NCBI GenBank assembly: GCA_963848135.1
Contig: CAWKCK010000017.1
Span: forward strand, 1,218,538-1,282,537
DNA: 64,000 nt
Reading direction: 5' to 3'
Origin: an uncultured delta proteobacterium
GTDB taxonomy: Bacteria > Desulfobacterota > Desulfobacteria > Desulfobacterales > SG8-13
Shown here: piece by piece, positions 28,777 to 37,052 of the stretch
Layout: each line of letters opens with the position of its first letter
Numbering within the stretch: the first letter of the stretch is position 1
Made by a program: the position numbers and the translations under genes
The notes under the pieces: generated by a model
Database searches by the model: none
Told to the model about the DNA's origin: nothing
Seen by the model: the letters and a program-made list of their open reading frames with translations, nothing else

Positions 28777-29145
28777 ATGAAGTTGGAAAAATATCAAGAC
28801 CCTAAAAACCCTGAATATGAGGAATCATCACGTGCACCAGGACTATTTTTACATGCTAAGCCAATGATGAATAAAACTGATTTTATGAAGCATTTTGGAG
28901 TTAACTTGCTAAAAAATGGTATCTTAGCAGTCTATATTTCTGCCTGGAATAAGAATCCAAACAAAAGTTATATAATTTACGAAGAATCGATAAGAATTTT
29001 GGAGAGTGCATCGGATGAAACAAATTTCCACCCGGAAACCAAAGATTCAAGCAGGGAATTAGAAGTTTTACACAAACATTTTTTGCTGATTACCAAAAAG
29101 ATATCGAAAAAAAGGGCCAACTTTAATCGACAAAACATTGACTGA
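28777..29145 (+). CDS. hypothetical protein (its lipoprotein signal peptide lies out of frame upstream)
   Basis: 122-aa ORF. 28709-28776 encodes MKRILLE* and then, in the ORF's frame, VWLFIILTFLSCST. Confidence 0.5.
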   Translation: MKLEKYQDPKNPEYEESSRAPGLFLHAKPMMNKTDFMKHFGVNLLKNGILAVYISAWNKNPNKSYIIYEESIRILESASDETNFHPETKDSSRELEVLHKHFLLITKKISKKRANFNRQNID

Positions 29146-29198
29146 TATTACAAAATTTTAAGGGATTAAATGACGTTATTTTAAAAAAACAATATCAA

Positions 29199-29326
29199 GT
29201 AAATGTATCTGCTATGACCTTTGAGCTATCTTACAGTTGATTGGCTTGAAATAGCCGGATCGTATCTATAGATCCTACTGGCAAATCGCCATTCAAACTT
29301 ATGGCAAGTATTCAATATGCTATAAT
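29199..29326 (+). repeat. AJR copy 16
   Basis: taaatgtatctgctatgacctttgagctatc..ttggcttgaaatagccggatcgtatc..cttatggcaagtattcaataTGcTATAAT. Confidence 0.85.
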
Positions 29327-29540
29327 TATTTGTTTACGGAACACACGCTGGATGTCACTACTCCCCTTCGAGCAAAACATACATAGGTCATTAGACATTC
29401 AGATTCAGGAACGTTTCGTCTATATGATGAATTACTATTTTTTATTTATTAATCGCATGAATCTTATTTAAAAAAAGATTAAAAAGATCACCAAAATTGA
29501 AACTTTTTTAATGGAAAAACTACTAAAGTAGGAGGAGGAA

Positions 29541-29960
29541 ATGAATCGATTCTATTTATTAATGATTGCTTCCTGTATTTGTATTATAAGCTCATGTGGA
29601 AGTATTTGGTATAGTGCAAAAATTGGAAATATTGAGGAAATTGAAAAATCATTGGATCAAGGCGTTTCAATCGAATCGAAAAGCCAAACAGGAAACACAC
29701 CACTGATCATTGCCGCATATAGTGGGAACGCTGAAACAGTCGAATATCTTTGTAAAAGAGGGGCAAATGTGAACGCCCAAGGTGCCAACGGTGCAACGGC
29801 ATTGATTCATGCCGCCTACTATAATTTTTATGATGTGGCTGAAATCCTGGTTAAATACCATGCAGATAAAAACATAAAAGATATTTTCGGAAACACAGCC
29901 CTATATTACGCTTCACAATTCAGACACCCCCCCATGATTTCTTTGTTAAAAGGTGAGTGA
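29541..29960 (+). CDS. ankyrin-repeat lipoprotein
   Basis: RBS aggaggagg, lipobox ISSC, three ANK units (GNTPLIIAA.., GATALIHAA.., GNTALYYAS..). Confidence 0.85.
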   Translation: MNRFYLLMIASCICIISSCGSIWYSAKIGNIEEIEKSLDQGVSIESKSQTGNTPLIIAAYSGNAETVEYLCKRGANVNAQGANGATALIHAAYYNFYDVAEILVKYHADKNIKDIFGNTALYYASQFRHPPMISLLKGE

Positions 29961-30165
29961 CTTCAATCGGTTTACGGTTGATATGCTCGTACCGTAATGA
30001 TTCTGAATTTAAGTTGAAGATGCTATAACAGACTGAAAACAAAAATATTTTAATTTTTGTGCCGTATATCTTAATCAGCAGCTGGTTTGAGTCTGGATCA
30101 ACCATGAATCGGCAGATATGATAAATCTATTGCAAGGAAAAAGCAGTTACAAAATCAAACTTTAC

Positions 30166-30302
30166 CTCCAACGTATCAAACGAATTGGTGAACTCAAACC
30201 TGCTGCTATCTAAACCAAGTTACGCCATCCTAAAATCCCTTGGGATAGCCGAATGGTATCCTTATAGAATCCTTGGCCATTCAAATTAACGATTATAGCA
30301 AG
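30166..30302 (+). repeat. AJR copy 17 (last copy)
   Basis: ctccaacgtatcaaacgaattggtgaactcaaacctgctgctatc..cccttgggatagccgaatggtatcc..cgattatagcaag. Confidence 0.8.
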
Positions 30303-30612
30303 TTCATTTAAATGCTTCAATCTCCCTTTCCCACTATTCATTCCTGTCTTTTTCACTCTGCACCTATAAAATATCAGGTTTAAAGTTGTTGCATGAATAG
30401 CCTAAGTTCGTAGAAATCTAGTGCCGTAATCATTTGGTCATCTTTAAGGTTAGCTGTATTCACGGTAGTACTGCGAAAAATGGTCAATCGTCTAAGTGGT
30501 CCGTCTGAATACGGGACATATTACTTGAGAATAATGTATATGCATGGTATTATTAAGTATATACTTTCTGTGGTTTTTATGCGCCGCCGAACATGTCATG
30601 AGAGGGATTAAC

Positions 30613-30705
30613 ATGATCTGGCTAGCGTTTATCGTTGGTTTCTGCGTTGGTCTTGCTTTCGCGATCCTAGTTATCGGATTGTACAGGGTTGCTGAAGTAG
30701 AATAG
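30613..30705 (+). CDS. possible 30-aa single-TM peptide
   Basis: MIWLAFIVGFCVGLAFAILVIGLYRVAEVE after gagagggatt. Confidence 0.3.
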   Translation: MIWLAFIVGFCVGLAFAILVIGLYRVAEVE

Positions 30706-30883
30706 TGCATAGTCACTGCGGGTAGTCGCACTGCGCGTGCCAACGGGTCACCTTTTTTTGTTTAAACCCATCTCAGCCGCCATCAACCGCAATGGCGAAG
30801 GCAGAATCTTAACTTGCATTTTTTGAGGGCGAGGTAAGATCTGGAATATTACGGCACGTTATGAGATAATATCATATTGTAGT

Positions 30884-30957
30884 GGGGATGTAGCTCAGTT
30901 GGGAGAGCGGGACGTTTTACGTCTATGTCGGGGGTTCAAGTCCTCCCATCTCCACCA
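30884..30957 (+). tRNA. Ala-type tRNA-like gene with a non-canonical anticodon arm (pseudo-tRNA?)
   Basis: GGGGATG/CATCTCC acceptor with G3:U70. AGCTCAGTTGGGAGAGC D-arm, GGGGG-TTCAAGT-CCTCC T-arm, encoded CCA. The anticodon arm GGACG-TTTTA-CGTCT has a 5-nt loop, giving 74 nt in total. Confidence 0.6.
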
Positions 30958-30971
30958 AATTTTTAGTAAAA

Positions 30972-30997
30972 GGCAGGGTCGTAAGACCCTGCCTTTT
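30972..30997 (+). terminator. rho-independent terminator GGCAGGGTC-GTAA-GACCCTGCC + TTTT
   Basis: Perfect 9-bp stem, tetraloop and T-run. Confidence 0.8.
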
Positions 30998-31001
30998 ACT
31001 A

Positions 31002-31130
31002 TCTGCTGGTTTGTTTGAAAGTGTCAATTAGAAAATACTGGTCCATCCCTATTTTGACATAGGGCATATTTATCCTCCCGGCTCCCTGAAGAGGCGCGAC
31101 TTTTTAGCGACGGCTGATCATGCTGATATA
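31002..31130 (+). repeat. ~160-bp duplicated segment, copy A (continues at 32472-32505 after IS110 insertion)
   Basis: tctgctgg.ttgtttgaaagtgtcaat.agaaaatac.ggtccatcc..ctgaagaggcgcgactttttagcgacgg.tgatcatgctgatat matches 43947-44075. Confidence 0.8.
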
Positions 31131-32471
31131 CGCGGGTTGGATACCGCAAGACTTGTATTCGTCGCGGAGCTGCCTCTCTCTATTAGCGGGAGTTTTAAAT
31201 TCCCATAGCAGGAACGAGGATTCTCCTTTCCGTAGTCACACCTCTTCAGGGAAGCGGGAAAAAAGTATCTTATGCAATGGTCAGTTGCATTTGTTTATCG
31301 ATGGCCCACATAAAAGCACCTAATTCACGAGCAATGGCGGTCACTGTGGCCTGTCTGGATTTTCCCCTGGCAATAAGTCGCCGGTAACGGGCGCATAAGC
31401 GTGTTTGGGCTTTCCAGGATATATCGCACACGCTTTTGGGTAATCCCTGCTGACGTTTAAGAAGTATTATAGATTTTCGTGCTGGCATTTTATAGGTCCA
31501 GGCCGCTTCGACCAAAACCCGTCGCACATGACTGTTGCCCGTTTTGGTAATCGAGCCCCGGCGGACCTTTTTACCACTGGAATGCTCTGAAGGGATGAGT
31601 CCCAGATAGGCCATTAGCTGCTTGGGGTTCGGGAAACGGTTCATATCTCCAATCTCGGCCACAACGGTGGCCGAAACAATTAACGATACGCCTCGCAGGG
31701 CTTGATAGGCTTTAACAAATGGTGCCCGGCTCCACTGTTCAACATGCGCTTGTATTTGTTGGGTGACTCGTTTAACTCTTTGGCTACATTCATTTACCGT
31801 ATCAATATACTCCTGAAGAGCAATTTGTTGAGCTGGATGGGGAAACTTGATTTGTTGCCAGCCAATTATAAAAACCCTTGGTCCAGTGTCTCTTACCGCT
31901 GTATTGGTAGCCATGCCGCAGCAGAAAGGCTAACAATCGTTGGCGGGCTTTTCTCTCTAAGCGTCTGATGTCATCCCTGCAACGGATGAGGTCTCTGATG
32001 GCTTCATCTTCAATGGTCGGCACATTAATGCTGGTCAACTCTCCAGCGCGAAACAACCTGACCAGGTTGATGGCATCACGACGGTCGGTTTTGATCCGGT
32101 CACCACTTCGCCTCGGGATCATGGAGGGGGCAACCACAGAGCAGCTTATGTTTTTGGAAACAAGGTGCCGGTAAATCTGGTAACCACATGGTCCGGCTTC
32201 GTAAACAAATCGAAGCTCGACATTGGTACCTTTTAACTTCTCAATTAGCTTGTCCAGTGCATCGAGAGTGCTGTTAATTTTACCGTAGGATCTCACCTTA
32301 CCATTTGACCGGCTGTTTGTTATTGCTGCATCAATGGTATTTTTGTGGACATCCATACCAACATATAATATTTTCTTTTTCATGGTCTGCCTCCTTGGTT
32401 ATGGCTCTGAGCCGTTATGACCTAATTAGGTCGCACAGCTTAACCCACGCCGCAAGGGGCAGACCATACTC
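31131..32471 (-). mobile_element. IS110-family element a (bounds inferred from the empty-site paralogue at 44075/44076)
   Basis: Homology between the two duplicated segments breaks at 31130 and resumes at about 32472. Confidence 0.6.
31270..32383 (-). pseudogene. IS110-family transposase, frameshifted near 31860
   Basis: N-terminal DEDD part MKKKILYVGMDVHKNT.. (31802-32383). C-terminal part ..QQIKFPHPAQQIALQEY..TKTGNSHVRR.. is in another frame. Confidence 0.85.
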
Positions 32472-32517
32472 TTTCAAACATTATGTCTATTATTTTATAG
32501 AGAGGGAGCAACGGTAA

Positions 32518-33501
32518 ATGCCAAAAGCCTTTGTCACGGGAGGAACGGGATTCGTTGGATTTAACCTGATTTTACAACTTCTCGCCGATAACTGGGAGAT
32601 AGTTGCGCTTCATCGCCCGACTACTGATATAAAAGGTCTCCGTGACAAAAAGGTGCGGCTCGTTAAAGGATCGATCACAGATCGTGACTCTCTCCTTGAT
32701 ATTTTCCCGAAAAACGTGGATGCGGTTTTTCACGTTGCTGGCAACACCAATCTGTGGTCTCCTCGAAACCACGTACAGTATCTCGATAATGTCGTAGGAA
32801 CCCAAAACATGGTTGAAGCGGCATTAAAGCGAGGGGCCATAAGATTCATTCATACCTCCAGCACCGCAGCTTACGGGCACCACATAGAAAGGATCAACGA
32901 GGAAACAATACCGAACGCTATCACCTCCCCCATTAATTACCATCGGACCAAGTACCTGGCCGAGATTGAAGTCCGCAAGGGAATCGAAAAAGGGCTGGAT
33001 GCAGTTATATTAAATCCGTCCAATATCATGGGGCCTCACGATTACCACAACTGGTCACAACTATTCATGCTCATAGATCGTCAAAAGCTACCGGGAGTGC
33101 CGGAAGCGACCCAAACATTTTGCCATGTGAATGAAGTGGCCAAAGCCCATATTGCCGCATTCCATAAAGGAAGATGCGGTGAAAACTACATTCTTGGCGG
33201 CGCAGACTCTGATTATTTGAGCTTGGTTCAGAAAATCGGTGAACTTTTAGGGAAACCCACCTCTAAAAGAACAACCCCGAGATGGCTACTGCAAATGGTG
33301 GGACGTTTATCTTTGTGGGGCTCATATATTACAGGAAAAGAGCCTACGATCACTCCGGAAAAGGCTTATTTGTTAAGTAATCAAAAGGGGTGCGACTCAC
33401 AGAAGGCTCAGAAGGAACTTGATTACAACCTGGTATCATTGAAAAACATTCTGGAAGATTGTTACCGGTGGATGAAGGCAGAGAGAATGATTGGATCTTA
33501 A
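32518..33501 (+). CDS. NAD-dependent epimerase/dehydratase (SDR) family protein
   Basis: 327 aa. N-terminal TGGTGFVG Rossmann motif, YxxxK (YHRTK). Confidence 0.9.
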   Translation: MPKAFVTGGTGFVGFNLILQLLADNWEIVALHRPTTDIKGLRDKKVRLVKGSITDRDSLLDIFPKNVDAVFHVAGNTNLWSPRNHVQYLDNVVGTQNMVEAALKRGAIRFIHTSSTAAYGHHIERINEETIPNAITSPINYHRTKYLAEIEVRKGIEKGLDAVILNPSNIMGPHDYHNWSQLFMLIDRQKLPGVPEATQTFCHVNEVAKAHIAAFHKGRCGENYILGGADSDYLSLVQKIGELLGKPTSKRTTPRWLLQMVGRLSLWGSYITGKEPTITPEKAYLLSNQKGCDSQKAQKELDYNLVSLKNILEDCYRWMKAERMIGS

Positions 33502-33510
33502 TTCGAAAAC

Positions 33511-33630
33511 AGGTGGGTCGGTTAGGACTCTGTCCCGCTTCGGCTTTGCCCGAATATTGGGCGAGTCGGTATCCGCACCTGTCATATAGGGGTTTTTGAA
33601 GTGTTAACTTACGTTACGGCCTGTCCTGTA
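33511..33630 (-). mobile_element. fragment of a second, diverged group II intron (domain I part)
   Basis: The reverse complement aligns with 35535-35660 of the intron below (..ggccgtaacg..acag.tg.ggat.ccgac.cgcccaatattcggg..agcggga..ccga.ccacc). Confidence 0.6.
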
Positions 33631-34217
33631 AGTTTTAATTTAGTCAGTATAGCTAAAACATATCTGAATAATCACATAAAATTCCCGCGATTAAGGTATT
33701 GATATGATATCATAAGTTTCGCAGATTCTCCGCTGACCACAACATCTTGGGGTGCTCCGGAGTTGGCATCAGGTCAAAATACTGGCACCCATTAAAAGGC
33801 TTCCGTCAACAAAAAACACCACGCCATCGCAAAAGGGGTATATTTTTTTGCAGGAACAAAATTCAGTTCGACGTTCGTTCTATTTTTTTACCTGCTCCCG
33901 AAATTTCTTTTTGTTTGCTGTGCAGCGTCACTTAATCTGCTAACAGGCACCCATCAGGATCAAGGCCAAAGAGAGAATATCTAAAGCCCCTGGTCCGATA
34001 CCGGACCCCAGAAAAAGATCGGTACCTTGTCAAAGCCAATTGGGTTGTCACAAGAGATAGGGCTCCTTTCGGGCCAGCCATTGCGAGCTTATGACAAGGG
34101 CAGATCGAAAAAGCGGACACCCGCCTGAATTTATTTTGTAGGGAGTGCAGCGGTGTACCAACCAAGCAACAGGGATTTTCACCACCAATATGTAGGGATC
34201 ACCGCTGCAGTCCCAAA

Positions 34218-35237
34218 CTAGTGCGCAATAAGCTCCTCCCGAAAGGGGACTTGATCTCTCATGATATAGTAGCAGATGCGGGCCAGTTTGTTACCCAGCG
34301 CTTTGGTCGCAAGGCTTGTATTGGCCTGAGCGGCCTTGCGGTTATAGTATCGTCTGAACGGTTCATTATACCGACGGCCCAATTGAGCGGCTTCAGTGAG
34401 CGCCCAACTCAGGTAGCGATTGCCATTTTTACGGTTACCGTGCCCTTTGCTTTTACCGTCGGATAACCGCTTCGATGGTACACACCGACAGTAGGAAGCA
34501 AAATTACCGACCTTTGGAAAACGCTTGATGTCACCCACTCCCAACATGATAGTCATTGCCAGGATGTTACCGATACCGGGTATTGTCAGCAATTGCCCGA
34601 ACTCTTTTTTGAGTTTGACTCTCTGTATGATCGCTTTCTCTAAACGTTTAATCTTCTCCTTCAGAAAGTTGATTGTATCCAAACTGGTTTGGGCCGAGAT
34701 AACCAAATACTCTTCTTTTAACCACTCTTGTAATGCTTCGACGGTCAGATTGCGAATATCACCTGTACTTATTTTTACGCAACAACACCGTTGAATGAAA
34801 GATTGCAGGCTCAAAATATTGGCGGTCTTGTGCCGGACTAAAAACATCCGTTTGCGAGCCAGGTCACGCACCGGACGATGGTCCTTTGGGTAAATGTAAC
34901 CTTCGGGCAAAATGCCGAGTATGAGAAGTTTGGCCAGAAAGAAAGCGTCGTGCTGATCGTCACTGTACTTTAGACCTTCATATTGCTTGATGGCCGACGG
35001 GTTGGCCAGGTGCGCAATGCCATATCCGGCACCCATGAGGCCATCGACGAGCCAGTACCAGTTGTAGGTGGACTCAACAACAAATCCCTTTAGTCGTTTT
35101 TTGAAGGGCTTTAAAGTATGAAGAATTTGGTCAAGATCATTGGATACACGTTTTTTGAAGACACGGTTAAATGCATCGTCCATGATTCCGATGTAGGTAT
35201 TTCTTGAATGAAGATCCAAACCGGCATACAGTTCCAT
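34218..35237 (-). CDS. IS110-family transposase (element b), intact ORF
   Basis: 339 aa. MELYAGLDLHSRNTY.. DEDD N-domain, ..LLTIPGIGNILAMTIM.. and ..KSKGHGNRKNGNRYL.. C-domain. Confidence 0.9.
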   Translation of the reverse strand: MELYAGLDLHSRNTYIGIMDDAFNRVFKKRVSNDLDQILHTLKPFKKRLKGFVVESTYNWYWLVDGLMGAGYGIAHLANPSAIKQYEGLKYSDDQHDAFFLAKLLILGILPEGYIYPKDHRPVRDLARKRMFLVRHKTANILSLQSFIQRCCCVKISTGDIRNLTVEALQEWLKEEYLVISAQTSLDTINFLKEKIKRLEKAIIQRVKLKKEFGQLLTIPGIGNILAMTIMLGVGDIKRFPKVGNFASYCRCVPSKRLSDGKSKGHGNRKNGNRYLSWALTEAAQLGRRYNEPFRRYYNRKAAQANTSLATKALGNKLARICYYIMRDQVPFREELIAH

Positions 35238-35383
35238 AGGGCACCTCCTGGATTATAGGGTTATGATTGCGGTTAACCCTTTATAACGAATCGCGATGTC
35301 CTTTGCGATTGGGAGGTGCCTTTTAGATGATTATCAAGCAGGCTTGATCAATCATTTAAAATGGCAGAACACAAAACATATTG

Positions 35384-36106
35384 GTGCGCCACGAGGGCGT
35401 AAGATGCCAGCGGGTGCAAGTCCCGTCCGGGAAATTATCGGTTCATCCCGGTAGCTACCCAGACAGTGGGACAGGGAGACCTTCCTGCTGAAGCTCTGGG
35501 GAAAGATGTAAGCCGCAAGGGCTGCAGCGACCTGGCAGGCCGTAACGCGCGTGAACCCTGAGAAGGCCTCGAAAGTACAGTTGTGGATGCCGACCCGCCC
35601 AATATTCGGGGAAGGCCGCAGCGGGATGGGTACGTAACCGATCCACCTATTCCGGTCCACCGGGGTAATGGGGACAGCATGTCAGGAAGGTATCTTGGGT
35701 AACGTGGGAGACCCGTCCCGGACGCGGGGTCGCGACCCGCAACAGCGTGTTTGACGTTGGTTCGGGCGGGACTCGGAGAGGGCCATAGTACCGTTGAAAC
35801 CGGGTAATGCCGGTGGAGGGAAGGGCCCTTACTTCTGGCGTGCTTTCGAAGGAAACGAGATGCGGTGATTGGCCTTCGGGTCTACTAAACACCTGATATT
35901 CGGACTTTCCAGAGAAAGCTTTACCGCAGGGCGAAGGTGCAATGGCATTTGATGCACTTGCGAGGTATCCAATGAGAAATGCCTCCCGCCGTGTGCCTTA
36001 CGGTGAGGCCAGTCGGAAAGCCGGATGCGGGAGATCCGCATGTCCGGTTTGATGAGCGGGGATGGGAAACGGGGCTTCATGCTACCGCGCCCATCCTCGA
36101 CTCTAC
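35384..36106 (+). mobile_element. ORF-less group II intron-like RNA (~723 nt)
   Basis: 5' GTGCG. Domain V AGCCGGATGCGG-GAGA-TCCGCATGTCCGGTT at 36019-36049 has the AGC triad, a 2-nt bulge and a GNRA loop. A domain VI-like helix follows, ending ..CTCTAC. No RT ORF is present. Confidence 0.7.
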
Positions 36107-36297
36107 TGCCTGCCTTTTTAAATTTGAGTGATTGTTACGAAACGAATTACACACTGCGAAAACGGCGCTGCCTCAACAGAGCTGGCGAGCAGACCACACA
36201 TAGATGATATCGATCTTTGAACTATAAGACAGCGTTGATATAAAACAGCCAGCCGCTGTAGAGGCAAGGCATTTATTGAGGTCCCGTCTTGCCTATA

Positions 36298-37051
36298 TTT
36301 ATTTAAGGGACTCGACTAGAACAGAGGCCTATTTCTAAACATTTTAAGCAATAATAAGTAAATATTTTTGTTACGGTTATTGAATCTAAATTCGCATTCT
36401 TTCAGATGTAGGTAGAAAGTCGATTCAGCAATGCCATGGAACTTCATCAAACGGTGTTTGGCATATGCCCAGAAGGATTCAATACCATTGATGTGACTGT
36501 GCCCCTTGGCAAATTGGTTGGTACCATGGCTGACGCGGTAATGCTTTTTGTAACCCAGGTCAACCAGTCCGTTGTAACCGCGCCAGCGATCTGAATGGAT
36601 AACGCTATCGGGGTCGACGCGTCCCCTGATAATGCCTTGCAAAGTGGCTTTAGCGCAATCTGGAACGATTTCAGTGTAGACTTTGCCGCCACGTTTGAAA
36701 ATACCAAACACAGGGGTTTTCTTAAAAGCACCGCGGCCGCGTTTGCCCTTGATGCGTTTACCACCGAAGTATGATTCATCGACTTCGATTTCGCCTTTAA
36801 ACGGCGATTGGGTTTCACATACCTCGGCTATGCGGTTGCGAATGAGCCGCAGGTAACGGTTAACGGTATTACGATTAAGGTTTGTTAAAGAGGCAATCGT
36901 TTGTGCATCCAGGTCATGTGCGAATAACTTAACTAATTGCCTGAATTTGGCTTCTGTAATCTTTGAACGCTTTATATACTTGTTTTTTATTGCCATGACT
37001 GGGATTGAGCGTATTTTGGTTACGCTGTCCTAGTCAAGACCCTTATTTAAA
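36298..37051 (-). mobile_element. IS1595-family insertion sequence
   Basis: ~25-bp IRs: ttatttaagggactcgactagaacag versus the reverse complement of ctgtcctagtcaagacccttatttaaa. Confidence 0.8.
36316..36996 (-). CDS. IS1595-family (ISXO2-like) transposase
   Basis: 226 aa. ..EIEVDESYFGGKRIKGKRGRG..IHSDRWRGY..HINGIESFW... Confidence 0.9.
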   Translation of the reverse strand: MAIKNKYIKRSKITEAKFRQLVKLFAHDLDAQTIASLTNLNRNTVNRYLRLIRNRIAEVCETQSPFKGEIEVDESYFGGKRIKGKRGRGAFKKTPVFGIFKRGGKVYTEIVPDCAKATLQGIIRGRVDPDSVIHSDRWRGYNGLVDLGYKKHYRVSHGTNQFAKGHSHINGIESFWAYAKHRLMKFHGIAESTFYLHLKECEFRFNNRNKNIYLLLLKMFRNRPLF

Positions 37052-37052
37052 C

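Noticed and set aside
1240-30302. Classical integron (intI + attC cassette array)
   Set aside because: No IntI-type integrase is present; the embedded recombinase is too short for the IntI-specific insertion. The repeats show no R''-L''/L'-R' imperfect palindrome, and unit boundaries lack GTTRRRY. This is kept as 'integron-like' only.
1240-30302. CRISPR array
   Set aside because: The repeats are 25-250 bp, imperfect and composite. The 'spacers' are 0.2-3 kb and contain genes. No cas genes are present.
30884-30957. tRNA-like gene as an ochre suppressor (anticodon UUA) explaining the two TAA codons in the GYD gene
   Set aside because: Reading UUA needs canonical numbering, in which the anticodon stem does not pair and position 37 is C. 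The idea rests on coincidence only.
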